Origin: Trichoplax adhaerens
Lineage: Eukaryota; Animalia; Placozoa
Assembly: GCF_000150275.1 (NCBI RefSeq)
Contig: NW_002060974.1
Span: 31,744-95,743, forward strand
DNA: 64,000 bases
Direction of reading: 5' to 3'
This document shows, piece by piece, positions 41,067-54,836 of this stretch. Below the pieces are notes generated by a model. That model did not search any database, was not told where the DNA came from, and worked only from the letters and a program-made list of their open reading frames with translations. How positions within the stretch are numbered: the first letter of the stretch is position 1; the number at the start of each line of letters is the position of its first letter. Position numbers and translations under genes: made by a program.

Positions 41067-44000
41067 TCAAGTTTGTAATTTAAGGACTAATTTAGCTTCC
41101 TTGAATGGCTTCCGGCAGCATCTTCTCAAACATGTTCGCGTAAAATTGTTTCTTAATCGTCTAAGAAATAGTAACATACGTACCTTTACAGGATGTAATT
41201 ACAATTATTTCGTAAAATATGTCAAAGTATAAGCTAATTTATAAAAAGAGAAGCAAAGGTAAATATTTACGAACTTTAGATACGGTGTCGCGCGTAAGTG
41301 GTAATCCTCGAGTGATACCAGAAATTGTTGATTTTTGGGCCTTCTTGGCGTAGTTTTGCGTGCTTGGTCCATAATGTGTCTCATTGTCCGTACAGTGGCT
41401 GGTAGATGAGAATACTTACCGTTCCTCCTAGGAGTGGTAACAACAGGAGTATGACGTGATCTAGATGGCCGCTGAGGGCTTTTTCTTTCGACAGTAGATG
41501 TTCTAGTTGTATCTTTAGATGAATTCACAGTTGTCCTTGTACCTTTATCTTCATCATCTAGTTGAATTGCAAGCCATTAGTTTGATTTCAGAACTATCGT
41601 TTTATGTTATGATACCATGTAATATGCATAGATTTAATCAGTGATAGTCCTATCTAAGTGATAACAAACCTGAATACACAGCTTTGCTCCTGTTGTTCTC
41701 TGGATTGGAATCAACCACTCTATCGGTTCCAGGCTGATTATCTTCGAGCGCATGATCATCGCTCTCGTTTTCTGCAATTTGACCTACTGATGTATCTAGA
41801 TTTTTTTCAACCCGGCTTAACTTTTTTACAACATCGGCTATCGAGGGGCGATTTTTTTGAGGAATAACAAATCTTTGGTACGGTATAGTTCCAATTTTTA
41901 AATCTGAGCAGGTTATTAATTTGAAATATGCTAATATCAGTAATGATTTTATTTCCCAGCATTATTCTAACAAGGACGAATTTATAGCCCTTACAAAGTG
42001 TTTGAATTGCGGTGATGTCAATAGCATCTAGTGGCTTTCTGGCCATATGTTTAATAGTCTTTAACTGTTTATACAATCTTCTAGCTATTTTTGTAGCTAA
42101 CGTCGAACGCATCGAAAATTCGACCTTAGGTCGTAGTTGTGATGCCTTGGAAATTTTTTTTACTGGCGGTACCATATCATGAGTTAAGGATAAGTGACGA
42201 TTCAAGCAGTGTTTACTTTTAAAAACCTAAATAAATCATTGAATAAGGGTGTAAATTTTGACGTTACTTTGTAAAATGGGAAACGATGTAGGAATTTTAA
42301 TACCTTTGTACAATCAGCAACAGTGCACTCGAATGGCCGATGTAATGCTTGATGATTTGCATGTTCCTCTAAGTTAACGATTTGTCATGTTTACAGATGT
42401 TGTGATATTTATGTACTCGTATCAATAAAAATATCAAGCTTAAACAAATATTTTAATCCATTAGTTAATTGCGTTTACCTTGATTCAAGTAGATTTTTCC
42501 ACATTCTTTACGTCTATAACAATCTCCAGTTTCTAAGCTTATGGTTGATCGAGTAGTTATGCCTGTACTTGTTGTGGAATTGGAGGTAACGCCAGCGCAA
42601 GTAGTCGGATCGCTACTGTTAACTGGATTAGTTTCAGCCTCTACCAAAGTAATTCAAGTTTACAATAAAATTAGTCCAAATTATAACTTTCCACTTTACT
42701 GTAAACATTATTAACGGAAATTTGTGAATATCACCTTTAGGAATTATTTTAAAACATCCAAATTTCTTCCAGTACCACCAACAATTAGAACATAATTTAC
42801 AATTTGAATTAGCAACATTCCATGTATGCCAAGAAGTTGAAGATGTTATCGAGCAATTGATACAGTTTTGGAACTGGTTTAACCAATCTTGTACCCGCGA
42901 ATCCGGGCCATTTCCGTTCATAATAGCCACTTTTTTCGAATTAGCGGTAGTATTTTCAGATCTAGATTCTCTGCCATTTCAGTGCAAAATTTTTCGGTAT
43001 AATTTTAAGATAATGAAGTAAAAATTAGTATTACATGTCTTTATTAGAAACGTTCCATAAACTTCTGTAAAGGTCGAATCTTTTGAAAACAATAGATTTA
43101 TACAGGAAGTATTTGACATTAAATTTCTATCTTTGTGTAACAATGTTATAAATCGGATAGAGTACCTTGGGGTTATGGTAATCTGCTTGACACTATGTTG
43201 CTTTGTTAGTACTTTCAGTCTTTTCTATAACAAAGATCCAAAATGATGAATCGAAATAGAGGCATCCATTTTTCTACAAGCAATTTATCGCATATCTGAT
43301 TTCAATTACCTGCTCTAGATAACGATCGCTTGTTTTCCACATGTAGTAGTACTCGATAATACATCCAATCGGTTTCCAAGGTAGCTGCGCATATGTCGTA
43401 TGTGGATATTATAATTATGAAAGAGATAGATACATTTAAGTTCAAATAAACGTGGATGAGAAATATTATAAAAGGAAAACTTGCATACAAATTCTTGTTG
43501 AAGATCTAGAAAATCCTTTCCGTATTTATGCAATCCTTCCTCGAAGCGTTTTGCTTCATCTTAGCATGAAATAATACTGTGTATTAGAAGCATCGAAGTA
43601 CGAAATGGCAAAGTTTTGTAAAGTCACTACAAAATAAATTGTTACCAATTGACCATTGTTCCATTTCATCCATGCAATAGACTGGCCCAGTGGCAGGTAC
43701 TAATGATGAAGTAGCTTTGGCTATATCGTAGGAATTCTCATGTAAAGTTTTCATTGCAAATAGCTATAGTTTTATAAATTAAATAATTTATGCAACGCAT
43801 TAAGAATTAAACAACATCCAATTTTAGAGATAATAATAATATTTATGGTTACAAGACTAACCCGTGTCGTATCACGACAGGCAGCAGCAGCTGTAATGTG
43901 TAAACTTGGCTGGGTAATAGAAGTGCTCTGCTCTAATGCACGTGCAAATGTTCCAACGGATCTGTAGTTGTAATAAATTTTTATTGGATAGTAAATCGAA

Positions 44001-47000
44001 ATACTATCTAGAACTATTCGATGTTATTTTAATGCTCACTTTGTAACCAATCCGAACTGGTCAATTTCTTCGTCAGTCAATAAATTGTTAGAAGTCCATT
44101 GTAGTGTTTCGACATCTTCGCAAATAGTATGATCCACTAATGATGACACGTTGCGAAAATAAAGTTAGGTTAAAGTTTTCAATAAGAGTATGATATCTCT
44201 GCTAACAATACCTTCTGTAGTATCCATTGGAACAACAGCTTGATAATCAGAACCAATACGAATATTGGCTTGATCAGGTACAAGCGTTTTTAGTTGTGGA
44301 TCAAATATTAAAGTGTAATAGAAAGTATCCTAGTAACAAGACAAAAGATCTTAAATTAATTATTTATGATCGCCCCCATTTAGTAGATTTTTTTTAAATA
44401 TCGTTTCAGATGTAGATTGCTTAATCCATTTTCCCTTTGTATATATCTTTCCAAATAAAATAATAACTTTCTGTCTAAGATCGCTACAGATCTGTTATAA
44501 ATATACTATCCTTGTACCTAATCAAGGCAGTGCAAATCGCAAGATTGTATTGTTGTTGCTGCTGTATCGCTTACAGTAATAAAAAGCTTGCAAGGTGTTA
44601 TCTCTACACTTTTTATCTATAGAACAATTTATGCGAATTTATCTATTGTGTCTTTCTCTTTTAATTAAAGATTCGATAAAAAAAATATTAATAATCAGAT
44701 TGATAAGATAGTAACACTTACAGGCTCCTTTAAATAATTGTCGATGGTTTCTACTTCACTTAAAAGTCTAACTGTACATTTCCCACGGATACAGCTAGTA
44801 GGTAGTGATTCTATATGGCGCGATAGAAATACTTCACGATGCTTGAATTCAGTTAAAGCAGTTTCATCAGTCATTTCAGGATTGTTGTCTTGCCTTAATT
44901 GATAGTTCGTGGCTATAATAGAATCAGGTAAATGTAGATAACATATTTTATAAGACATTAACGGTTGAATTGATTCACGGTTATTTTCATGAAAACCGGT
45001 AATATCGAGCAAAGCAATGACCAATGATCTTATTGGTATTAAATTACCTATACTTCTATCTGCAAGAGCGTGTAAAGCTTGAGGTAGATCGCGACGTCGA
45101 TAGTAGCATAAAGCTCTAACTTCAAAGTTACCATCAGGTAGCTGTGTTTTAATTATTTCCAAATAATGTGAAGACGGTATGAGATATAAATAGTGAGTTT
45201 TCACTTGGTATTTTGTTTCAGGCTGAAATTACAGTATTATACAGACTAGTGTCGTGGTATAGCACCGTTGTTAAAAAAATACCAAAGACGATAGTAGCCT
45301 TGTTTCACTAATTACTAAGCAATATCAATTTATTAATATACAGATATATTAAAAGTAGTGATACTTGAAAGTCTTGATGATACTTTATTGGTAAGATAAA
45401 CGTTGGAAAGACAAAAAGGTATTAAATTAACGATTCTCCTCATTATTTCCATCTACGATTTTACCTTGATAAATTCTTTAATCCGTCTAATCTGGTAAGG
45501 AGTCTGTGATTCCGAAGATGTCTCAAAATAGCCATAATCTAGAATTGATAGGAAAATGTATAATTAAAACTTAGTTTAACCGTTGAATAGATGATTGCAG
45601 TATTTCTTGTAGGAGTTAGGTGGGGAAGACATGATTGTCTGATTATTTTATGTGTTTGACGCTATAATTTACATCAAGGTACTTTCGTATTGGTTAGCTA
45701 TACAACGGTATAGGATGAACTGGATTTCTATCGTGTAGATAGCTTTAATAATTATTGATAAATATTTACGAGTAACGTAGCATGCCTTGGAGGATGTTTA
45801 AAAGTAGTATTATTAGTCTATGATAAGGAGTGTATTAATTAAAAAGTATCAAAATACTGTGTGATAGACCATTTGTAAATATTGTCGAATATACGTGTAT
45901 ATTAATGAATTCAAGGTATAAAAATAAGTGTCCTATTTTAAAATGTGTCAATGTCTCAGTATAAGGCAACATTTTGGATATTGGAGGATAGTTGACGGTA
46001 CATCATGTTGTGTCTTTCCTAGTTGAATGAAACTGGCTTGATATTCATCTCCTTTTAGTATCGATTTGGACCATGAGTAATATACATATTATGGCATGAT
46101 TAATTTATCGACATTATAAGGTTTAGCATATCCTTGTTAAGTTTAAGTTTTACGTCCATTGAATAGTGCGTCAATCCTGTATTGCAAATTCTAGGCAAAA
46201 ATGGTTACGTATCGTCCAATTTTTCGTTCTTAATCAGTGAAATTGCTCTCTTGTAGTAGACGATATGAACCGATAGAAAGATTGCTAGTTGCAGGAACGC
46301 AACGTACGCAAATGGATGAAATTTACCATTCAGTCTATATATGTATAGTTTACTGTAGTCCATAAGAATGATGAATATTGATGTTCTATCCATGTTATTG
46401 CCAGTTAACTATGACTAATGATGATAATTCTTGCAAATTGTGGGCGAGAAAGGATATTGAAGTATTGTCACAGTTGTGACTAATGACTGTCATTGTCTGT
46501 TGAATATGCTCTATATTGGAGTGGTGCTATTTTTTTCAATAGTATGGTATCATGTTCTTTTTGTAAGTTTGTTCAAACTGTATCGAATGTATTGATCTAC
46601 ATAGTTCATGTTCATCAAACCAATACTCTTATCGTAATTTATCATCCATTGTTGGTCAAGTGATTATTGATACTAATGAATAAAATTGCTCTCTTTTAGT
46701 CAATGATGTCAACTAGATCGTCAGTAAAGATGCAAGCTACAAATGACAGTTATTCTCGTGTACGTCTAACTATCGAGCTTAGTCCATAAAATGAAGATAA
46801 ATTTGGCTACCTTAGCTTATCATGTTGGTACTAGCTAACTGCCAGAGTGATTTATCACCAATGTTGTCGATGAGAAAGAAGATGCAAGTAATATCATGGA
46901 TAGAAGAATGGCTCATTTTCTGTTGAATATCCACCATGACTGAACGGCTTATTTACTCATGGTACGGTATGACGTTATTTTCAAAAGTTTGTCAAAGTTT

Positions 47001-48125
47001 TCTTGTATGAGTTGATCTCCATCTTGATTGCTAGCCTGATCAATACTCTTTACTCTATAATTTCCTACTACTGTATTCAAATTATTGCAATTCTTAGTTC
47101 AAATAACGCTACGTACTTATTCTTTGTCTCTTTCTTTTTATTGATATTGATGGCTTGGCATAAGCAAGAGTACTGTAAGCAGCATGCATTGGTAGGATGC
47201 TAGTTGAAGAAAATGCAATCTATCACTAAAGTGAACTGTTTCATGTACAAGTATATAGCCTAATCGATGGGACTTTATCAAGATTAATGTCCTACCCTTC
47301 ACTTATTACTGTTGGCGACACAATAAATGATCATTTGGTTCAAGGCTAGAATGAGAAAGGGTTGTAAACTACAATATTGTCATGATGATGAATGATGACG
47401 ATCATGTAGTAAATTTGCCTATGGTATCGTGTCGTGTTCTCCTAACCTAGTTGATGCTGTTTAGAACGTATTTATTTCCATCTTGATTGCTAATTGAGTC
47501 CATGGTTATCCTTTAATTACCTCCTATCATTGAGTATTATTATTCCTTGATACAATCATCATTTTATCTTCTTCTCTGGCTCTTGATGTTGATCAATGCA
47601 ATGGCAGTCGTCTTATGATCAACGTATACGATTACTGATGGTAGAAATAAAGTCTATACGTAACATCAACGCATTCTTTATCTTACTGTATAGCTTAATA
47701 GATGGGAAAATCTGTCTCGATGAATGAATTCTTTCTATCCTCTTCCTACTCGCCAAACGAGAAGAGGACTATTTTGGGTTGAAAAGCGAGAAAGGCAAGA
47801 GGATTGTCATAGTAACCAATGAGGACTGTCCCTTGGGTTGACTACCCTGGATGATATTATGCCGCATTTGCCGATACTATCCTATCCTATTCTATTTCTA
47901 AGCTGGTTGAAATTGATGTTGGATTACTAGTCTACAGGATATACTGCATGGCTAGCATGACCATTGGGTCATATTAGCAACTATCGATAGGAAAAGTTTC
48001 CAAATCGATGAGCATGTACGACGAGAAATTCCATCGATATCACTGACAATCTACTCACCTCCAACATGGTAGACCACGGCGTCACTTTGAGCTTCAAGAG
48101 AGACTTTTGGAGATTTTTGTGCCAT
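41067..48125 (-). CDS. MTA1: Metastasis-associated protein (NuRD subunit, MTA1/2/3 pro-orthologue), multi-exon
   Basis: BAH domain (YHVGDYGYFE..PYQIRRI; YYRRRDLP; HREVFLSR; IRGKC), ELM2 (IRIGSDYQA; SVGTFARAL; [12 protein letters not shown]), SANT ([18 protein letters not shown]; IEYYYMWK), GATA finger ([17 protein letters not shown]), and C-terminal R1/R2-like repeats. Confidence 0.93.
45950..47950. repeat. Highly diverged ~430-480-bp tandem array (4-5 units) in MTA intron 1
   Basis: Periodic anchors: GAGAAAG at ~46446, 46871, 47353, 47788; ATTGCTCTCTT at ~46242 and 46685; TCCATCTTGATTGCTA at ~47018 and 47477; TATAGC.TAAT.GATGGGA at ~47253 and 47689. Confidence 0.65.
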
Positions 48126-48662
48126 TGCTGTAACAAATTCTCTCAAGTCTTCCCTTGATTTCCAATTTGGCCTCTTTCTTTTAGCTATTGGCTGTTCTTC
48201 GCTTAATGGTGGCTTGCTTTTTCTTCACTTTGGACTTGCAATGGCTCCAATAGTTGGCAGTTGAATGAGATTGTTGGCTGAATGAGAGGCTACAGTATCA
48301 TCGACGATCTAGTGTATTGCACATTGTATAGTTGTCAGTATGGAAGATTATTGATCCCTTTTGAAGGCGGGTTGACTGCACTGACCATGGTGTTGAAAGC
48401 CATGTCATAGTGAAATCGATCGAGACGGTCTGTGTTGATACTAATTCCTCTAGATGCTATCGGTGTATTGGATACTAGATAGTCTTGTCGATCCACTTGG
48501 GTACGGTACTCATTGTGGTCTCGTTCGGCTCCAAACCCGGACTGCATTCGGACCGCACTGGATCGGATCCGGATCGGACCCACCTCGGACAGTTGGCCAT
48601 CACCTTATATTCTGTCTACTAGGATGGAAGAGACGAAGACAACTTTTCACTTTACTAAAAGA

Positions 48663-48999
48663 AAAACCTTTTAATGTACTAAAACAAGATGTTTTAGTAG
48701 TTGAGGATAGTGCCCAACTAGCAGCTCATTTGGATGGCAATCGCGGACAGGATAGTGCTTTCTTTCCCATTTCAAGAAAACCTTTTAATGTACTAAAACA
48801 AGATGTTTTAGTAGTTGAGGATAATGCCCAACTAGCAGCTCATTTGGATGGCAATCGCGGACAGGATAGTGCTTTCTTTCCCATTTCAAGAAAACCTTTT
48901 AATGTACTAAAACAAGATGTTTTAGTAGTTGAGGATAATGCCCAACTAGCAGCTCATTTGGATGGCAATCGCGGACAGGATAGTGCTTTATTTCCCATT
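48663..48999. repeat. 114-bp tandem repeat, 3 near-identical copies
   Basis: The AAAACCTTTTAATGTACTAAAACAAGATG...TTTCCCATT unit recurs with CCT at 48667, 48781 and 48895. Confidence 0.95.
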
Positions 49000-50065
49000 G
49001 ATGGCTCAATTGAGATGACCAGCAGCAGAATTTGTTGCATCTTTTTGACTATACCTAACCGCCGCTGCCTCCTTTTCCAAAAGTTCCCCCACCGACTGAA
49101 TGTTTAACAAACGCTTGCATAACCAAGTGGTGCACCGTGTCTCTTTTTTTATCTTGCAGCAGCACTGTAAAGCTACTGTAGGGATGGCATGGATTGGGTC
49201 ATTAAGATCAAAATATAACGACAGCAATAGGAGGACGACGAATGAAATAGATAAATCACTTGCACAATATATTGTGTTGAAAAATTGGCACTACTTGAAC
49301 AATCCTTCTTGATCAGCCGATAGCTTTTCCATTATTTTGCCTCAGTGGCCTTGCAAATTCATCTTCTATCCTTGCATTCGCCTTCTTGCACTGCATAGGA
49401 TGATATAAATACCGTAAATACTGTACAGTAGAATGAATTTGCAAGATTGGAGACTTTGATCGTCGCTAATCATTCATACTGTGGTCGCTGTTGTGCATGC
49501 ACTGTTGCACACTCATTGCACAGTAGACCCAATCATCCGATAATTGTGTCTTCAAATGTACAATTCTAACAGGCTGATCAGTGATGATAACTGCTATTGC
49601 TGTTCAATAAACTGCGCACATATCGAAGCCGACAATTTCAGTCAGTATCAGCTGCAGGGATTACTTGATCAGCTGTAGTAGGAAAGAGATTGTGGACCAC
49701 CGTAGAGTTATGTATAGTTGAATATACAACTAATTTGGACTACTGGCGATCCAATCAATAAATACATTACAGTACAATGAATTTGCAAGATTGGAGCGTT
49801 ATTTCTCTACTGTACTGTAGATCAATTCATATTGAGTAGAATCTAGCTAATTTTGTCCATCGCGCAAGTTGTCTCCATTCCAATTGTGCCCAACCTCTCG
49901 AGCTCAGCAAAGTCAAGCCGAAACCCGACTTGAAATCAACTCGAGCCAAGGCGGTTTTCGTCTTGACAATTTCTGTATCACTACACAGTATTTGTATGGC
50001 GATTGTACTCATTTTGGGTTAGAAAATCGATAATTGCAATCGGGTTCATATTTCCAACGCAGGCC

Positions 50066-50716
50066 AATCTGCTAAGGCTACAGTAGGTTGTGCATCGTTC
50101 TAGTGTTACAGTAAAGTGGCCAGCGTCTTTGCAAAGATCCTTGCAAATCTACTAAGGCTACACTTGGTTGTGCATCGTAGAGTATACCGGTCCAGTGGTA
50201 ACCCTGTAGAGTAAAATGGCCAGGATCCTTGCAAAGATCATTGCAAATCTGCTAAGGCTACAGTAGGTTGTGCATCGTAGAGTACGCCATTCTAGTGGTA
50301 GAGTAGAATGGCCAGCATCTTTGCAAGGATCCTTACAAATCTGCTAAGACTACAGTAGATTGTGCATCGTAGAGGACACCGTTCTAGCGGTCGAGTAGAG
50401 TAAAATGGCCAGCATCTTTGCAAGGATCCTTACAAATCTGCTAAGACTAAAGTAGATTGTGCATCGTAGAGGACACCGTTCTAGTGGTAGAGTAGAGTAA
50501 AATGGCCAGCATCTTTGCAAGGATCCTTACAAATCTGCTAAGACTAAAGTAAATTGTGCATCGTAGAGGACACCGTTCTAGTGGTAGAGTAGAGTAAAAT
50601 GGCCAGCATCTTTGCAAGGATCCTTACAAATCTGCTAAGACTAAAGTAAATTGTGCATCGTAGAGGACACCGTTCTAGTGGTAGAGTAGAGTAAAATGGC
50701 CAGCATCTTTGCAAGC
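50066..50716. repeat. ~97-bp minisatellite, 7 copies
   Basis: CT(G/A)CTAAG unit starts at 50069, 50149, 50249, 50341, 50438, 50535 and 50632. The last four copies are nearly identical. Confidence 0.95.
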
Positions 50717-51223
50717 ATCCATGGAAGTCGAGTTGCGATCAAATGAGCATTAGTCACTGCCATAGTAACTGCAGGGAGGCAAGTGTCAAGGCTGTTGTAT
50801 CAACTGGGCAAACATGCCTGCCCTGTCGATATAACATCGCAAACATGACTGCTGCTAATAGCGTACCCACTCAATCATCGCTGACGGCAACTACTTTTCA
50901 ATCATTTTATAGCAGAAATGAATGAACTAGACGATAGAGTAATTGCTAGGCAACGCAGCTAGACAAGATCGATCTAGGCTACTCATTACTGTAGAGGAAT
51001 GGACTTTTAGACTCGATGCAATGCAATTTCTATCTTGTTGAGCTTGAGAAACGATTGCATTCAAGAGAAATTGGACTGTATAAGGGATAGAAAAGCCATC
51101 CGTCGTGGCCAGTGATGCTCAGTCATGCACTAATCTATTGCATACTCTTACCACGCGCCATCTTCATTCTAAAATTGTACTTGCCTTTCATCATGATCGC
51201 TTAATTATTGACTTGATAGAAGA

Positions 51224-53827
51224 ATGCCAATCGTCGACTATCCTTGCAGCCAAAAGGAAAGTTTTACAACGGTTAATAATAGTTTTGGCCAGGAAATTGC
51301 CATTCAATCCATTCAACATGCACCTGAACACCTGCAATATAAAATCATCCATCATCCAAAAATGACTTTCATGTCTGCTTTAACGTATTGCTTGATAGGC
51401 TTGGTGTTGTTATGGTTATGCTGGAGCGTAAGTGTCTTCATCTAAATAGACGTGATATACACATATGGGTATACAGTATAGCTATCCATGAAATCGGAAA
51501 CAATCCTATTTGAAAGTATAGACTAGTTCAAAGGCAATTGCATGCTACCAAATGACATGCACTACCAGACTTTTCTCTTTTCTGTCATGACGACCACAGT
51601 ATGATAATAGTTTAGCCTGCAGCAAAAGGACACCTTACCTATAAACTTACCTCTAACAACTGATGTCCATCAGAGTTCATACTCGTATATCCTTGGTAAA
51701 AATGATATTCATGCCTACTGTACTAGTCTACATCGATAGTGTACTACTTCAAGGCAAGAATACTGTCCAAATAGAGTTAGTCATGGAGCGTTGTCGACAA
51801 CTTGTAGTCCTTGCTCTCCTCTTCGATACAACTACAATGACGACTAGTTACTCTATTCTAGTTGATAGAGGATAAGGATGCCGTACCTAAAATGTTCACT
51901 TCTATCACTGAAATCGTTTATAATAGTGCATTCATGCTACTATATCAGCCTACATCCACGATGCATTACCTCCAAATAAACATACTAATATATTAAGTCA
52001 TGGAACTTACTTTATACTTACTTTATACCTACCGTATACGCAACTGCGGTTTCTCGATAAACACCAACGAAGACATTATAATCATGAGTTATGATACAAT
52101 TTTACTAATAGCAGTGATTACTATGTAGTAGTCCCTGCTAATAGTCCCTGCCATGTCATTACTTACTATTAAGAACAAGTTTAATATTTCTACACCATTA
52201 TACGGCAGATCTGTTACCAATTTTGTACATGCATATTATAGTATACTTGTCTATGCCAGCATCTACTGTTATACTTTTGTCCTAATAACCATAATCTAAG
52301 CCAAAAAATTATAAATAGTGATACTTATAGTACCAGTCATATAATTCACAACACTTTTTTTAAACTTATTAGAAATGCCAAGGATCTCTACTTTACAATC
52401 TGGCTTCTATCATTTTGTGCTTACTATTAAGCATCCTTTATTTCGGCCAAGTCCATGAAGGTAAGCGAGTAAGCATACTGTCCTGCTATACTTTGATATC
52501 ATGCTGCAAATTAGCTAGAGAATAGCAGAGTGAAATGTTGATCGATTTATAGCAATATTATCAATCTAGAGTATGCAATTACATGTGTAATACTGTACTA
52601 CTGGAAATTTTAGCAATCTAGGCTGTACATTCATGGTTCAATCAGCTCTCTTTATAACCTCTTCTTATAGAATACTTTACTTAAAGATATCGAAATGCCT
52701 AACTGAGATAAAGCTTGTCCTATGTAAAATTTAGTTGTAAATTACGTGAATAAACTCTTTATACTGAATTAAGAGGTGCTATAAGATTGTTAAGTATCTG
52801 CTAACTTTGGCTTGTAAGAGAACCGTAAATCGAATCAATTATATTATACTCCTATGTGTTGTAACGATACAAGTACTTGCGTGTATAGAGATTGAATAAT
52901 AATACTCTACAGCTCCAATTACACTACATACTATGTAAAGTTTAAGTTTATTAATATTTTAGACAAATAAAATGTGCAAATATAATATCAATGCAAGAAT
53001 TATGTTGTAGAAAGGCATTGTTGATCCTCTCCACAATTATAATCTGTTACTACAGTAGTATTAAAAAGGCTTTTTTCACTTTCTATCAAGAATCTATTAT
53101 GGTCATTAAAGATCTTGGTCTGCAAGTAGGAGTTACGTACAAAAGTGGCTATAGGAATGTTCGTTTTATTGCTATAGATAATATTGAAACTATTGCCATC
53201 AATGAAGCTATAACCATGGTAAGTATTAACTTGTCAGGATGCAAGAAATAGTAATAAGTATTTTTGAAAAATTTAGTACTTCAGGGCTCACGATATTGGT
53301 AGCTAACTACTGTATCTAGCAATATTGAAGATTTTATTACCGCATTTAAAATACTACTTTAACATAAAGGTCTATAAATACTATGATTAAAATGTCTACT
53401 TATTGTACATACGGGTATAGTGTCTATAAGGCTTCCTTTCAATCATTTTCTATTACAAATTTCTTGATTTATAGCACATGGTTATCTTTTATCTATCGGT
53501 CTTAATGAAGAATGAACAACTCATACCATTATTTACGGTAGTTACTCTGTCTTTTTTGTTTTTAGTTTCAGATGCTGTAATTTATAAAATTTGGATATTT
53601 GTACAAGTATTTTCTTATATAGATTTCCTATATCGATAATAATATCTCACTACCAATAAATGAACATACAACATCGAACTAATGAATGTTTTATTCACGG
53701 ATGAAATATTGCTTTTTTATAGAGTACCTATCCCAGGTTAAGAGAATTAACGATAATGTATCATAAAATGAATAATGTATTATTTCCTGCAAAACAGCCG
53801 ACATTGAAAGTTAACACAAGTAGTTAA
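51224..53827 (+). CDS. PIGH: GPI-GlcNAc transferase subunit H, 4 exons
   Basis: Exon 1 (51224-51427) ends in a TM helix before GTAAGT. Exon 2 reads QESIMVIKDLGLQV..IAINEAITM, exon 3 HMVIFYLSVL..IPLFT, and exon 4 STYPRLREL..*. Confidence 0.88.
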
Positions 53828-54836
53828 TTTAGACATCGGTAGGTTGTCTTCCATCTTATTTTTAATAAGCACGATATGTACGTATTAGCAATCTGAAAGT
53901 AGCGTTGTTTATGCTTGTATTTTATACTCGATTGGAAATAGGTTTAAGAAATTATCGCTAGGCTTGACCGAAAATTATTTCAATTACAATGGCTAACCGA
54001 CACTATGAGCTAGAGATTTGTCACTTAATAATGACTTCAATTGGGCAATTGCAAAATTTGATCTTTCTTACTACTATTAAGTATTAGAGAATTTTTTAGC
54101 TAGTAGATAGAGGTTTGTACTTTTTTTATCAAGAAATTATATAGGCAAATACACTATGATGATTCATTTAATTAAATGTATAAGATACAATGAAATTTTT
54201 GAACGGCGGTATTATAAAATAATCCGATTTATCGTAACTTTTTTACAGTTTATTTTTATGTCTTTAGCCATCTAGAATATAATTATACAGTGGAATTAAA
54301 CCAATATTTGTTATGTGTGTATATATCGATGCACATACGATCTTATACAATTTTCGACAAAATAATAAAATTTTATATATATACAAGCACAAGTCCTTCA
54401 TTAATTAGATATTCATTGTCGCTGGAGAAGTATATATCAATAGCATCAACGGAGTTTAGAAATATAGTTTGGAGAAAAATTTACTCTTATCCAAGGTCAA
54501 TTATAGAATAAATGAACAAGAAAAGGAACTTCAAAAACTATCCTAACCCTTCACAATACGAAATCATACAGCGATTTTGACAATCGTATATTGATCCGTT
54601 AAAATCCATACACCATTTTATCCAAGTCTAGTGTAAAACTGCAAGCATTACTGTGCATAATTTATAGTACACTAGAAGTATTATCATAACTAATAAATTA
54701 GCCTTTCTTTGATGCTGCAGGCAATAGAGACGTATGCATGATATTTCAATTTTTTTACAACGACTGCAGCAGTTTATGAACATAAAATTGTCTAACAATA
54801 TTGATAGCGGTATACATGATAGATTAATGAAATAAG

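Noticed and set aside
48454-49107. 217-aa ORF containing three 38-aa repeats
   Set aside because: Its length comes from the 114-bp DNA repeat being a multiple of three. It has no recognisable domain and lies in a promoter region.
50066-50716. 97-bp, 104-bp and 114-bp repeats as possible hammerhead-ribozyme retrozymes
   Set aside because: I found no CTGANGA...GAAA catalytic core on either strand of the 97-bp unit and saw none in the others. An Infernal search would be definitive.
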